Shown: in pieces, positions 42,569 through 50,279 of the stretch | Layout: each line of letters begins with the position of its first letter | Numbering within the stretch: the stretch's first letter is position 1 | Assembly (NCBI GenBank): GCA_026395915.1 | Contig: JAPLXU010000018.1 | Span: 23,832 to 76,575 of the forward strand | From: Candidatus Nomurabacteria bacterium | GTDB taxonomy: Bacteria; Patescibacteriota; Minisyncoccia; Phycocordibacterales; UBA9973 | Length of the DNA: 52,744 bases | Reading direction: 5' to 3' | Notes under the pieces: model-generated | The model's database searches: none | What the model was told of the DNA's origin: nothing | The model's input: only the letters and a program-made list of their open reading frames with translations | Translations under genes and position numbers: made by a program

Positions 42569-45058
42569 CTAATTCGATGTGATATTTACAATGAATGTCT
42601 GGGTGTGCGTTGTTGAAGAATCTCTCACCACAACCAAAGTCGAACCTGGTGTGCCACCGGCTGTAATTATGAGAGAACTACCACTGATTCGAGCTGTTGC
42701 TACAGCTGCGTTTGGCGGAGTCTGGATACTATAACCCCCTGAACCACCGGTTATTGTCGCATTTCCATTTCTCCAACCTCCACCGAAACCACCACTAACT
42801 ATGACGCTCGCCGGAGTGACCGAAAGATCATTCACAATAATATTCACAAGGAAGGTTTGAAGATTTGTTGTTGATGAGTCTTGGACTGCGACTTGGGTAT
42901 TTCCACTTTTAACGCCTGTAATTGTGAGAGAGGTAGGAGTGGCAGACAAAATTTGCGCGTTTGCTATCGTCGCATCTGGTTGAGTTTGGATAATGTAAGG
43001 CAATACACCACCGGTTATTGGGACGTTGACCGTTTGCGTAGTGCCAGTGGAAACGCTTTGCGGATTGACTACCAAAGGAACAAACGGCTTTGTTGAAATA
43101 TTGACGCTGACATTTTTTGGCGGTGTTGATGAATCTTGAATTATGATTGCTGTTTGTTGGTCTTTAAGTAGTCCTGTAACTATGAGATTGTTACCTTCGA
43201 TTCGCGCGTTTGCCACGGCCGTATTCATTTCTATGGATATACTATAAGGTGGTACACCGCCGGATATAGGCACACTAACTGCTTGACCAATACTGGCTGA
43301 AATATTTTGTTGAACGATTAGATCTTGGCGACCACCTATTAGAATGTTTATTCTGACGACTTTTGCCGGACTGGAAGAATCTTTTATTTCAACATAAGTC
43401 GAACCTGGCGCTATGCCGATAATGACCAGACTTGCGTCGGTAAAGACCGCTATTGCTTTTGTTTCATCAGAACCAGTTTGCATACTGTAATTTCCTTGGC
43501 CGCCAGATATAGTTACAGACTTTGATTGATTCATGTCGATTGGCAAGTCTAGTACATGGTTGACTCCATTTGCGAGGAGCGCTCCTATCTCATTTACTGT
43601 GACATTAATGACGGCTGTTTTTGAAGGTGTTGACGAATCAAACACTGTGACTATGGCTGGAGTGGTGGTTGGTGTGTTTCGAGCAGTGATCACAAGTTTT
43701 GGACCAGAAGAACCGGAAGTGTCTATAGCGGCAACTACTTTCGCTTTTGAATCGGCTGATTGATTTACGTAATATGGAGCCTTGCCGCCGCGTATATTTG
43801 TGCTGGTCCCTTGTCCTACACTCACTGAAACATTTTGTGGAATATCGAGAGAAGTGGCAATGTTGGTTGACGTAGTTATTGTGTTTGAACCGCTAAAGGT
43901 ATTGCCGTTATAACTCCAATTATCTGCTGAAGCAGATGGACTTATCGTGCCTGCAAGCGCGTTCAGACCTTTATCCATGAAGTGACCTATTAACGCGTCA
44001 AGAATTGCTGACAAGCTATTACCCAATGCCGCGGCAAGTTCGCTTTGTCTGTAATTTGAACTAAGCGCTGTCATTATTTGATTTCCAGCCACTGAACCCG
44101 GGGTTGTATTTACTAAACCACCTGGGCAGGTGTTGTCGATTTCCCACTCATATTCTGCCTCATTTTTTGCTTCAGACCATGCTAGAGATCCGGCAGCTCC
44201 AGTACTTGGATCAAAAGGATGTTCTTTGACATACTTAGATTCATTGAAACTTGGTTGTAGAAATTCATTTGTGCCATTGTTATAATTTGAGTTGGTTGGA
44301 CAAGTTTGCGGAGACAAGAAACCCATTCCTTGTTGCAACAAATTTTGTATTTTTTGCGCCGGAGCTACCAATGTTCCCTCTAAATGGCTTGCTAGATTTT
44401 GTTGGATTATCCCTTGGAATCCGAGATAATTATTTTGCGGATATTGCGTGTTTATCAAAAATCCATTCCATCCCCCGTAATTAAAATCATTTCTGTATCG
44501 AACTAAAAGATCAGGATCGTTTATCACAGTGCTCAAAGTATATTGCGCGTTGTCTGCCAGCTGTCTTTTGTAGCTACTTATGACATTAAGCGCGGTTTGT
44601 GGACCGAAAGGAAATCTGAAAGTATCATAACCAATCATATCCACCAGGCGTCTCACTTCGGATTTGGCTATGTCTTTAAAGAAAGATTCAGGATTTTCTA
44701 TAAAAAGCGGAGAGCCGTGGAAATCCGAATTTATCCAATTAATTGTAGCCTGAGTCATTTTTGCTAAAATTGATTTAGCAATCGTCATAAGAATTCTTTC
44801 AAGAATCTTTTGCGCTTTTCCCCAAAGATTAGTAGCGGTATTTGTGACTGTTGAACCTGAAGTTACCACATGGAGAGCTTGAGATAACCAACCTGCTGTC
44901 TCTTGAGGTATATCACTGGTTGGCACTGCAATCGCCGCTGTGCTTCCTGGTCCCACGGCCTCTGTCTGTTTTGGTATGGAAAATAAAACACTAGGCAACA
45001 ACATTAAAGTAATTAGTACGACCGATATGAATTTTATTGTTTTATCTTTTGTTGTCAT
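42569..45058 (-). CDS. Large exported protein: unassigned ~400-aa N-terminal domain plus five tandem ~85-aa Ig-like repeats
   Basis: N-terminal TM/signal FISVVLITLMLLPSVLFSIP. Five repeats (DNA ~42572-43855) share ...GG-x2-PY/Y-x-[IV]-...A-x-[IA]...L-x-I-x-G...G-x-T-x-V-x-[IV]-x-DSS-[ST]-...-[IV]-N-[IV]. Confidence 0.65.
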   Translation of the reverse strand: MTTKDKTIKFISVVLITLMLLPSVLFSIPKQTEAVGPGSTAAIAVPTSDIPQETAGWLSQALHVVTSGSTVTNTATNLWGKAQKILERILMTIAKSILAKMTQATINWINSDFHGSPLFIENPESFFKDIAKSEVRRLVDMIGYDTFRFPFGPQTALNVISSYKRQLADNAQYTLSTVINDPDLLVRYRNDFNYGGWNGFLINTQYPQNNYLGFQGIIQQNLASHLEGTLVAPAQKIQNLLQQGMGFLSPQTCPTNSNYNNGTNEFLQPSFNESKYVKEHPFDPSTGAAGSLAWSEAKNEAEYEWEIDNTCPGGLVNTTPGSVAGNQIMTALSSNYRQSELAAALGNSLSAILDALIGHFMDKGLNALAGTISPSASADNWSYNGNTFSGSNTITTSTNIATSLDIPQNVSVSVGQGTSTNIRGGKAPYYVNQSADSKAKVVAAIDTSGSSGPKLVITARNTPTTTPAIVTVFDSSTPSKTAVINVTVNEIGALLANGVNHVLDLPIDMNQSKSVTISGGQGNYSMQTGSDETKAIAVFTDASLVIIGIAPGSTYVEIKDSSSPAKVVRINILIGGRQDLIVQQNISASIGQAVSVPISGGVPPYSISIEMNTAVANARIEGNNLIVTGLLKDQQTAIIIQDSSTPPKNVSVNISTKPFVPLVVNPQSVSTGTTQTVNVPITGGVLPYIIQTQPDATIANAQILSATPTSLTITGVKSGNTQVAVQDSSTTNLQTFLVNIIVNDLSVTPASVIVSGGFGGGWRNGNATITGGSGGYSIQTPPNAAVATARISGSSLIITAGGTPGSTLVVVRDSSTTHTQTFIVNITSN

Positions 45059-45107
45059 TTTGTTATTTTATTATACCTTGTATCAATCCTGTAGTGAAGC
45101 CCTATTT

Positions 45108-46058
45108 CTACTCCGACAATTTTTGATTAATGGCTGTTGCCAAACTATTTAAATCTGATTCCAATTGAGTAGCATTTTCTTGATATTTGCTTATACCGCC
45201 TAAAGCTACGATAGTATCGTTGTCATAAAGTTTTATGTCGCTTAGATTTTCCGCTACCTTTTCAAGAGAATTTATAACGTTCAAGTGCAAAGTAGAAATG
45301 GATTCTGGCACGCTTGCCTTTACCATTGCGTTTATTACGTTAGTCATTTGTTTAATGATTGGATCAAGTTTTACAAGTGCGCTTGTGTCAACAGTATTTT
45401 CATCAACCATGAATTTTTGCAACACATCCAATATGGTGTAATCTGTTGCCGGATATTTTTTATAAATACTACCCAGAGACGCGTTGTAATTTTTAAAAGC
45501 TTGGACAGTGCTGTTTGTAGTTTTTACATCAAGAATAGAAAACACTTTTCTCTGTGGAGGATTTTGAATCTTGCTTGCCAAAGAAGCACTCAATGTTTCT
45601 ATCGTTGCTTGATCCATAGTTCCATTTTGGCTGGCGGCCGCCACAGTAGCAAAAAGTTCTCTTGAAAACTGTTCTGTTTGGGTTAATTTTTCTACGCCGT
45701 TGTTATTTCCATTCGTTGTTGTTGCACTGTTTCCTTGTTGGGTTCTTAATTTATTTATTGCCACACTGTCCGGTATTCCCGGAGTGGTTTCTTTTTTCGT
45801 TGGATCAAGTCCATACAAATTTTCTTGCCAATCGGGTATCCCATCGCCATCGGTGTCTTTGTTCACCAAGTCCTGCACTGTCATGTTGCTGTAAGCCAGT
45901 CCACTTTCCTGATTTACTCCCTGATATGTTTCTTTATTTTTGAAAATAGATGTGGTCTTTAAGAGAAAGAGAACAACGAGAAATAGCGCAGCCAAAGCGA
46001 TTAAAATTATTCTCTTATGTTTTGACCAAATTATTTTAATGGCAATATAATTATACAC
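45108..46058 (-). CDS. Membrane-anchored exported protein, 316 aa, with DTDGDGIPDWQE calcium-binding-type motif (first gene of the T4SS-like locus; GTG start)
   Basis: TM IILIALAALFLVVLFLL. DTDGDGIPDWQENLYGLDP resembles a thrombospondin type-3 repeat. The remainder looks helical. Confidence 0.5.
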   Translation of the reverse strand: MYNYIAIKIIWSKHKRIILIALAALFLVVLFLLKTTSIFKNKETYQGVNQESGLAYSNMTVQDLVNKDTDGDGIPDWQENLYGLDPTKKETTPGIPDSVAINKLRTQQGNSATTTNGNNNGVEKLTQTEQFSRELFATVAAASQNGTMDQATIETLSASLASKIQNPPQRKVFSILDVKTTNSTVQAFKNYNASLGSIYKKYPATDYTILDVLQKFMVDENTVDTSALVKLDPIIKQMTNVINAMVKASVPESISTLHLNVINSLEKVAENLSDIKLYDNDTIVALGGISKYQENATQLESDLNSLATAINQKLSE

Positions 46059-46093
46059 CTTTTTGTAAAGTAAACTAGCTTTTTTGGTGGATA

Positions 46094-46102
46094 TGTTATA
46101 AT
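46094..46102 (+). promoter_or_regulatory. Extended -10 element (TGtTATAAT) 6 nt upstream of the ATG at 46109; implies a leaderless mRNA
   Basis: TG at 46094-46095, TATAAT at 46097-46102, ATG at 46109. No room for an SD. Confidence 0.35.
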
Positions 46103-46108
46103 TCTTTC

Positions 46109-47119
46109 ATGAGATTATTTTGCTTATTTATTCTTTTTGCTTTTTTCTTTTCTTTCCATGTTGTTTTTGCCGATTGCGCTATTACCTCTGTATTGAGGGT
46201 GGGTTCTAAAGGTGCTGAAGTGCAATGTCTTCAAGGAAAGCTAGGGGTAGTTACTGATGGTAGCTTTGGTCCCTTGACCAAGGGCGCGGTGATAGCTTTT
46301 CAATCAAGCAACGGATTGGTAACTGATGGAATAGTCGGACATTTGACTCTTTTAGCGCTCAATCGTGTTAATATCGCGACAAATGAAGGTAATTACCCAA
46401 CGGGTTGCGCAGGAATCACAGGATACAGCATACTTACTGGTATCAAGTGCGATAGTGTTCTAAATAATCCAGTACCTAATAATGCAAATTCAACCCCTTC
46501 GATAGTCAATAATAACAATCAAACTCCACAATCTGGAGTGAGCACCAATAACACGCCGACTAATCCAAACCTTGTGAATTTAGACCAATTTATCAATACA
46601 GTTGTTGAAATTGGCAAAAGAAATGGCAAGAACGATCAGGAACTTAAACTCATAGCTGACAATCTAAAAAAAGTTATTGCAAGTAGTGATATGGATTACA
46701 ATAAAGCGTTTAAAGAACTGCTTATTAATGAGAGTAAACTGAGTGTTAATTCTAACAACAAATCGCTTTTATCCGCTTTTGACAAAGTTGTTGGAAAGGC
46801 GCTTTCTTTTTTGGGAATTACCCCCTCGATAGCTCAAGCTTCTGCCGGTATACCATTTGGTGGCGCACTGATTTTTCCATTTTTTTGCCCTTACAATGCA
46901 AATTGGATGATAGAAATAGAACCCCTCCCTCCGAGTTACGCAGTGCTTCTCAGTTATTATCCTGGAACTCAAGGATTTGCAAGCTATAATATACCTTTTA
47001 CTACATGGTTACTTGGAACTTACTCACCGCCTGGTGTTTGTATGATACCCGGCACTCCTGTTTATGTCATTCCCACTCAAGGTACTATTACTCCAGTGGT
47101 GGGTTCGTCTCCTCTCTAG
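46109..47119 (+). CDS. Secreted peptidoglycan-binding-domain protein with Asn-rich linker and unassigned C-terminal domain
   Basis: Signal peptide. PG_binding_1-like segment GSKGAEVQCLQGKLGVVTDGSFGPLTKGAVIAFQSSNGLVTDGIVGHLTLLAL. Linker NNPVPNNANSTPSIVNNNNQTPQSG. Confidence 0.72.
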   Translation: MRLFCLFILFAFFFSFHVVFADCAITSVLRVGSKGAEVQCLQGKLGVVTDGSFGPLTKGAVIAFQSSNGLVTDGIVGHLTLLALNRVNIATNEGNYPTGCAGITGYSILTGIKCDSVLNNPVPNNANSTPSIVNNNNQTPQSGVSTNNTPTNPNLVNLDQFINTVVEIGKRNGKNDQELKLIADNLKKVIASSDMDYNKAFKELLINESKLSVNSNNKSLLSAFDKVVGKALSFLGITPSIAQASAGIPFGGALIFPFFCPYNANWMIEIEPLPPSYAVLLSYYPGTQGFASYNIPFTTWLLGTYSPPGVCMIPGTPVYVIPTQGTITPVVGSSPL

Positions 47120-48152
47120 CTAAAACAATCCAATCCGCGAGCGACAAATCTTCCGCTCTTTTGTTTCCTAAGCCTTCTAAAACGGAAGCAAGGCTTCCGT
47201 TTTTTGATAGAGTTTTTAGATTAGAAGATAGCTTTTTTCTTTTGTGCGCAAAGCCCGTTTTTACTATTTCCCAGAATTTTTGCTCATCAACCTTATTCCC
47301 CTCTTGAGGGGTGGCTCGTTCGCGAGACGGGGTGGATGCATTTCCACCTCCCCCTAAAGGGTACTCCTCAAGAGGAGAATTGAAATTCTTCCTTGAAATA
47401 TTTTTTATCGAAATTATCGCCGAGTCTACTTTTGGCGCTGGCGAAAAATATCTTTTTTCAACTTTTGCGATCATTTTTGGTTCACCATATGCTTTGACCG
47501 AGATAGATAGGATGCTTTCTTTCTTGCCCGCCATAGCTTTAGCGGAGGAGGGGCTATTTCCAATTATTCTCTGTGCGACTTCGTGCTGAACCATGAGAAC
47601 CATCATTTCTGGCTGATGCGTTTCTTCTAAAAATTTTTTTAAAATCGCGCCGGTGATGTTGTAAGGAATGTTGGCGATGATTTTGTAGGTTTTAGGGTTT
47701 GGTAAAATGTTTTCGGACTCACCACAAAAATTTTCTGCTGAAAATTTTCTCTGTTCGTTGCCGTCGCAACTCCCAAGGGTTCGCTCGAAAACATTTTGCC
47801 AAACCCTTGTAATGTCGAATTTTAATATGTCATCATGTACTAGTACGAGGATACCTGAAGTGATTTGTTCTGCGAATTTGATTTTCAAGAATTCAAAAAG
47901 TTCGTAGTCTTTTTCCACAGCGATTACTGTTCCCGCTTTTTCTAGAAGTTTTTCCGTGAGCGCTCCCCTGCCTGGCCCGATTTCTAAAATCACATCATCC
48001 TGCTTTATTTCCCCCACCTCGATAATTTTTCGGAGAGCTGTCTCCGATTTTAGAAAATTTTGCCCTAATGATTTTTTTGCTCTTATAAAGGTACCACTTT
48101 TTGCGATAGCAGAACTTGGTACCTTTTTATTTTTTTTATAATATCTTTTCAT
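47088..48152 (-). CDS. rsmA: 16S rRNA (adenine1518/1519-N6)-dimethyltransferase RsmA/KsgA, 354 aa, enlarged by two palindromic insertions
   Basis: KKSLGQNFL, SAM motif VILEIGPGRGALT, ANIPYNITGAIL, C-terminal RAEDLSLADW. ATGA start/stop overlap with pcrA. Confidence 0.9.
   Translation of the reverse strand: MKRYYKKNKKVPSSAIAKSGTFIRAKKSLGQNFLKSETALRKIIEVGEIKQDDVILEIGPGRGALTEKLLEKAGTVIAVEKDYELFEFLKIKFAEQITSGILVLVHDDILKFDITRVWQNVFERTLGSCDGNEQRKFSAENFCGESENILPNPKTYKIIANIPYNITGAILKKFLEETHQPEMMVLMVQHEVAQRIIGNSPSSAKAMAGKKESILSISVKAYGEPKMIAKVEKRYFSPAPKVDSAIISIKNISRKNFNSPLEEYPLGGGGNASTPSRERATPQEGNKVDEQKFWEIVKTGFAHKRKKLSSNLKTLSKNGSLASVLEGLGNKRAEDLSLADWIVLAREETNPPLE
47179..47205 (+). terminator. Intrinsic terminator for the PG-binding gene, lying inside the convergent rsmA coding region; exact 27-nt copy of the tyrS terminator
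   Basis: aaaaCGGAAGCaagGCTTCCGtttttt is identical to 21140-21166. It lies 60 nt after the stop at 47119. On the other strand it encodes KNGSLASVLE of RsmA. Confidence 0.6.
47296..47379. repeat. 84-bp MITE-like element (copy 2 of 39672-39761), in-frame in rsmA
   Basis: Same ends and the same central GGTGGA...TCCACC stem. The first stem-loop is replaced by CTCG-ttcg-CGAG. Translated as NSPLEEYPLGGGGNASTPSRERATPQEGNK; copy 1 gives NSPLEEHSDHKSEGGGQIFPPRLSATPQEGNK. Confidence 0.8.
47695..47806. repeat. 112-bp palindromic element with 21-bp TIRs (20/21), in-frame in rsmA; core shared with 20741-20838
   Basis: GGGTTTGGTAAAATGTTTTCG...CGAAAACATTTTGCCAAACCC. Internal hairpins AAAATTTTC-tgc-TGAAAATTTT and GTTGC-cgtc-GCAAC. 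It accounts for ~37 extra aa between HDDILKFDITR and YKIIANIPYN. Confidence 0.8.
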
Positions 48153-50206
48153 ATATAAATTGTTTTTATCCCAGTTTTTTCTCCCTCTTTTTCTAATAAA
48201 TCTGCTGGGATGTCACTAATAAATTCTGAAGGCGCGTTTATTTGGCGTGAACCGAAAATCGTGCGGAAATTTGCGAATGATAAAAATAACTTTTCTTTTG
48301 CGCGTGTAATTGCCACATAAAAAAGCCTGCGTTCTTCTTCTTTATCTGCGCCCACTTCTTCGTTGCTTTTTTGGTGCGGGAAAAGTCCGTCCTCCAAGCC
48401 GGTGACGAAAATATATTTGAATTCAAGCCCTTTTGAAGCGTGCACAGTCATCAGTTTGACTGCGTTTATTGTTTCTTTTTTTTCCCCTCTCTCTATCAAG
48501 CTGTCTTGATCGGAAGCAAGCGAAGCGTCTTCTAAAAGTTTTTCTATACCGAGACCATTTTCGAGATTATCGTATTTTAAGGCCAGTGTTGCAAGCTCTT
48601 TTATGTTTTCCAATCTTTCGATATCTTCCTCGGTACCGGACGAAAGTTCATTTTCAATACCTGATTTTTTCACCACAAATTTTATTACCTGACTGGTTTT
48701 TTCTTGTTTTATTTTTTCTCTTATTTCTTCAAGTATTTTATAAAAATTGTCGATTTTGATTTTCATTTTCACCGGCAAGTTTTCTTTTTCGCCAGAAAAC
48801 ATTTTTGCTAAGGTAGTTTTGCCGATTCCTCGCGTTGGGAAATTTATTATTCTTTTTATATCAGAAAGACTGTCGGGATTGAGCGCAGCGCGGAGATAAG
48901 CGAGAGTGTCTTTTATTTCTTTTCTCTCGAAAAATTTAATCCCCAAAACCTGATATGGAATGTTGTATCGAAGCATAGCTTCCTCAAGCGCCCGAGATTG
49001 GAAATTCGCGCGGTAAAGAACTGCGATACTGGACAAAATGTTCTCAGATTCTGATAGTTCCGCAGGTTCTTCCTTCTCGGGGTCGCTGTCTCCGCGTGTT
49101 CGCGGAGCGCTGCCTCTCGGCTCGTCAGCCTGCGAGACACCCCGACAAGAAAGACCTGCAGAACTATCCAGTATCTCCAAAATTTTTGTTGCAACGAATT
49201 CTGCTTCATCGTTTTCTTCCAATGCTTCGTAGAGGCCTATTTTTTCTCCAGTCTCGTTTTTTGTGAATAGATTTTTGTCTGGTCTGTATTTATTTTTTTT
49301 AATTACGACGTTTGCAGCCTCCAATATGTTCTTTGTTGACCGATAGTTTTCCTCCAACAAAACTATTTTCGCGTTAGGATAATCTTTTTCAAAACTCAAA
49401 ATATTTTTCAAATTCGCTCCGCGCCAAGAATAGATATTCTGGTCTGCGTCTCCGACGACGCAGATGTTTTTGTGGTTTTCCGCCAGCATTTTTGCCATCA
49501 AATATTGCACTTCGTTTGTGTCCTGATACTCGTCTATGTGGATGTATTCCCATTTTTCTTGATATATTTTTCTGATTTCAGCATTATCCTTCAACAATTT
49601 TGTGGCTTTCAAAAGCAAGTCGTCGAAATCAAGCGAATTTTCTTTTGTTTTCCGTTTTTCATACAAGTTCCAGACTTGAGCCACCATCCTGCCGTAGGCA
49701 CTCTTCTCCCCTTCTTCATAATCCGACAATTGGACGAATTTTCCCTTTTCCCGAGATATAATATTTTTTATTTTTTTCGGATCGTATTGTTTTGGGTCTA
49801 TTCCGATCTCTTTCAATATTTCTTTTATGAGAGTTGTGCTTTCTGACTCATCTAAAATGCTGAAGTATCTTGTGAGTCCGAGCAACCTAGCATTTTCTTT
49901 TATAATATAAACCCCGAGAGAATGAAAAGTGCTGACGAATGGAATTCTCTCTTGGCCTTTCACGTTTTTTTCAATTTCGGCAATAACACGCTCGCGCATT
50001 TCTTTTGCCGCTTTGTTGGTAAAAGTGACAGCCAAAATTCGCTCAGGATCAACTCCATTTTTTATCAGATTCACAATCCTGTGCGTTATGGTTTTAGTTT
50101 TTCCCGCGCCAGCGCCGGCAACAATAAGAAGCGGACCATCCGAATGGATCGCCGTTTCTTTTTGTTCTTTATTTAGTCCCGATAGGTGTTGTGTGTCTGT
50201 ATTCAC
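48149..50206 (-). CDS. pcrA: ATP-dependent DNA helicase PcrA/UvrD (GTG start), carrying a ~135-bp palindromic insertion
   Basis: LNKEQKETAIH, AGAGAGKTKT, DEYQDTN, VGDADQNIYSWRGA, TVHASKGLEF, YVAITRAKE. Confidence 0.92.
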   Translation of the reverse strand: MNTDTQHLSGLNKEQKETAIHSDGPLLIVAGAGAGKTKTITHRIVNLIKNGVDPERILAVTFTNKAAKEMRERVIAEIEKNVKGQERIPFVSTFHSLGVYIIKENARLLGLTRYFSILDESESTTLIKEILKEIGIDPKQYDPKKIKNIISREKGKFVQLSDYEEGEKSAYGRMVAQVWNLYEKRKTKENSLDFDDLLLKATKLLKDNAEIRKIYQEKWEYIHIDEYQDTNEVQYLMAKMLAENHKNICVVGDADQNIYSWRGANLKNILSFEKDYPNAKIVLLEENYRSTKNILEAANVVIKKNKYRPDKNLFTKNETGEKIGLYEALEENDEAEFVATKILEILDSSAGLSCRGVSQADEPRGSAPRTRGDSDPEKEEPAELSESENILSSIAVLYRANFQSRALEEAMLRYNIPYQVLGIKFFERKEIKDTLAYLRAALNPDSLSDIKRIINFPTRGIGKTTLAKMFSGEKENLPVKMKIKIDNFYKILEEIREKIKQEKTSQVIKFVVKKSGIENELSSGTEEDIERLENIKELATLALKYDNLENGLGIEKLLEDASLASDQDSLIERGEKKETINAVKLMTVHASKGLEFKYIFVTGLEDGLFPHQKSNEEVGADKEEERRLFYVAITRAKEKLFLSFANFRTIFGSRQINAPSEFISDIPADLLEKEGEKTGIKTIYI
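49033..49171. repeat. ~135-bp nested palindromic insertion in pcrA: same core as the uvrB element, in the opposite orientation relative to the host gene
   Basis: The reverse complement of core 49079-49143, GGGGTGTCTCGCAGGCTGACGAGCCGAGAGGCAGCGCTCCGCGAACACGCGGAGACAGCGACCCC, aligns along its length with 1940-2002. The arms ctgatagttccgcaggttcttccttctcgggg and ccccgacaagaaagacctgcagaactatccag are imperfect reverse complements. It encodes ~45 extra aa (DSSAGLSCRGVSQADEPRGSAPRTRGDSDPEKEEPAELSESENIL). Confidence 0.8.
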
Positions 50207-50279
50207 ACTTGAAATATAACATCTTGTGTTGAATTTTAATAATTATATTTAAGTAATTAGAATAAAACCGCGATTTATT

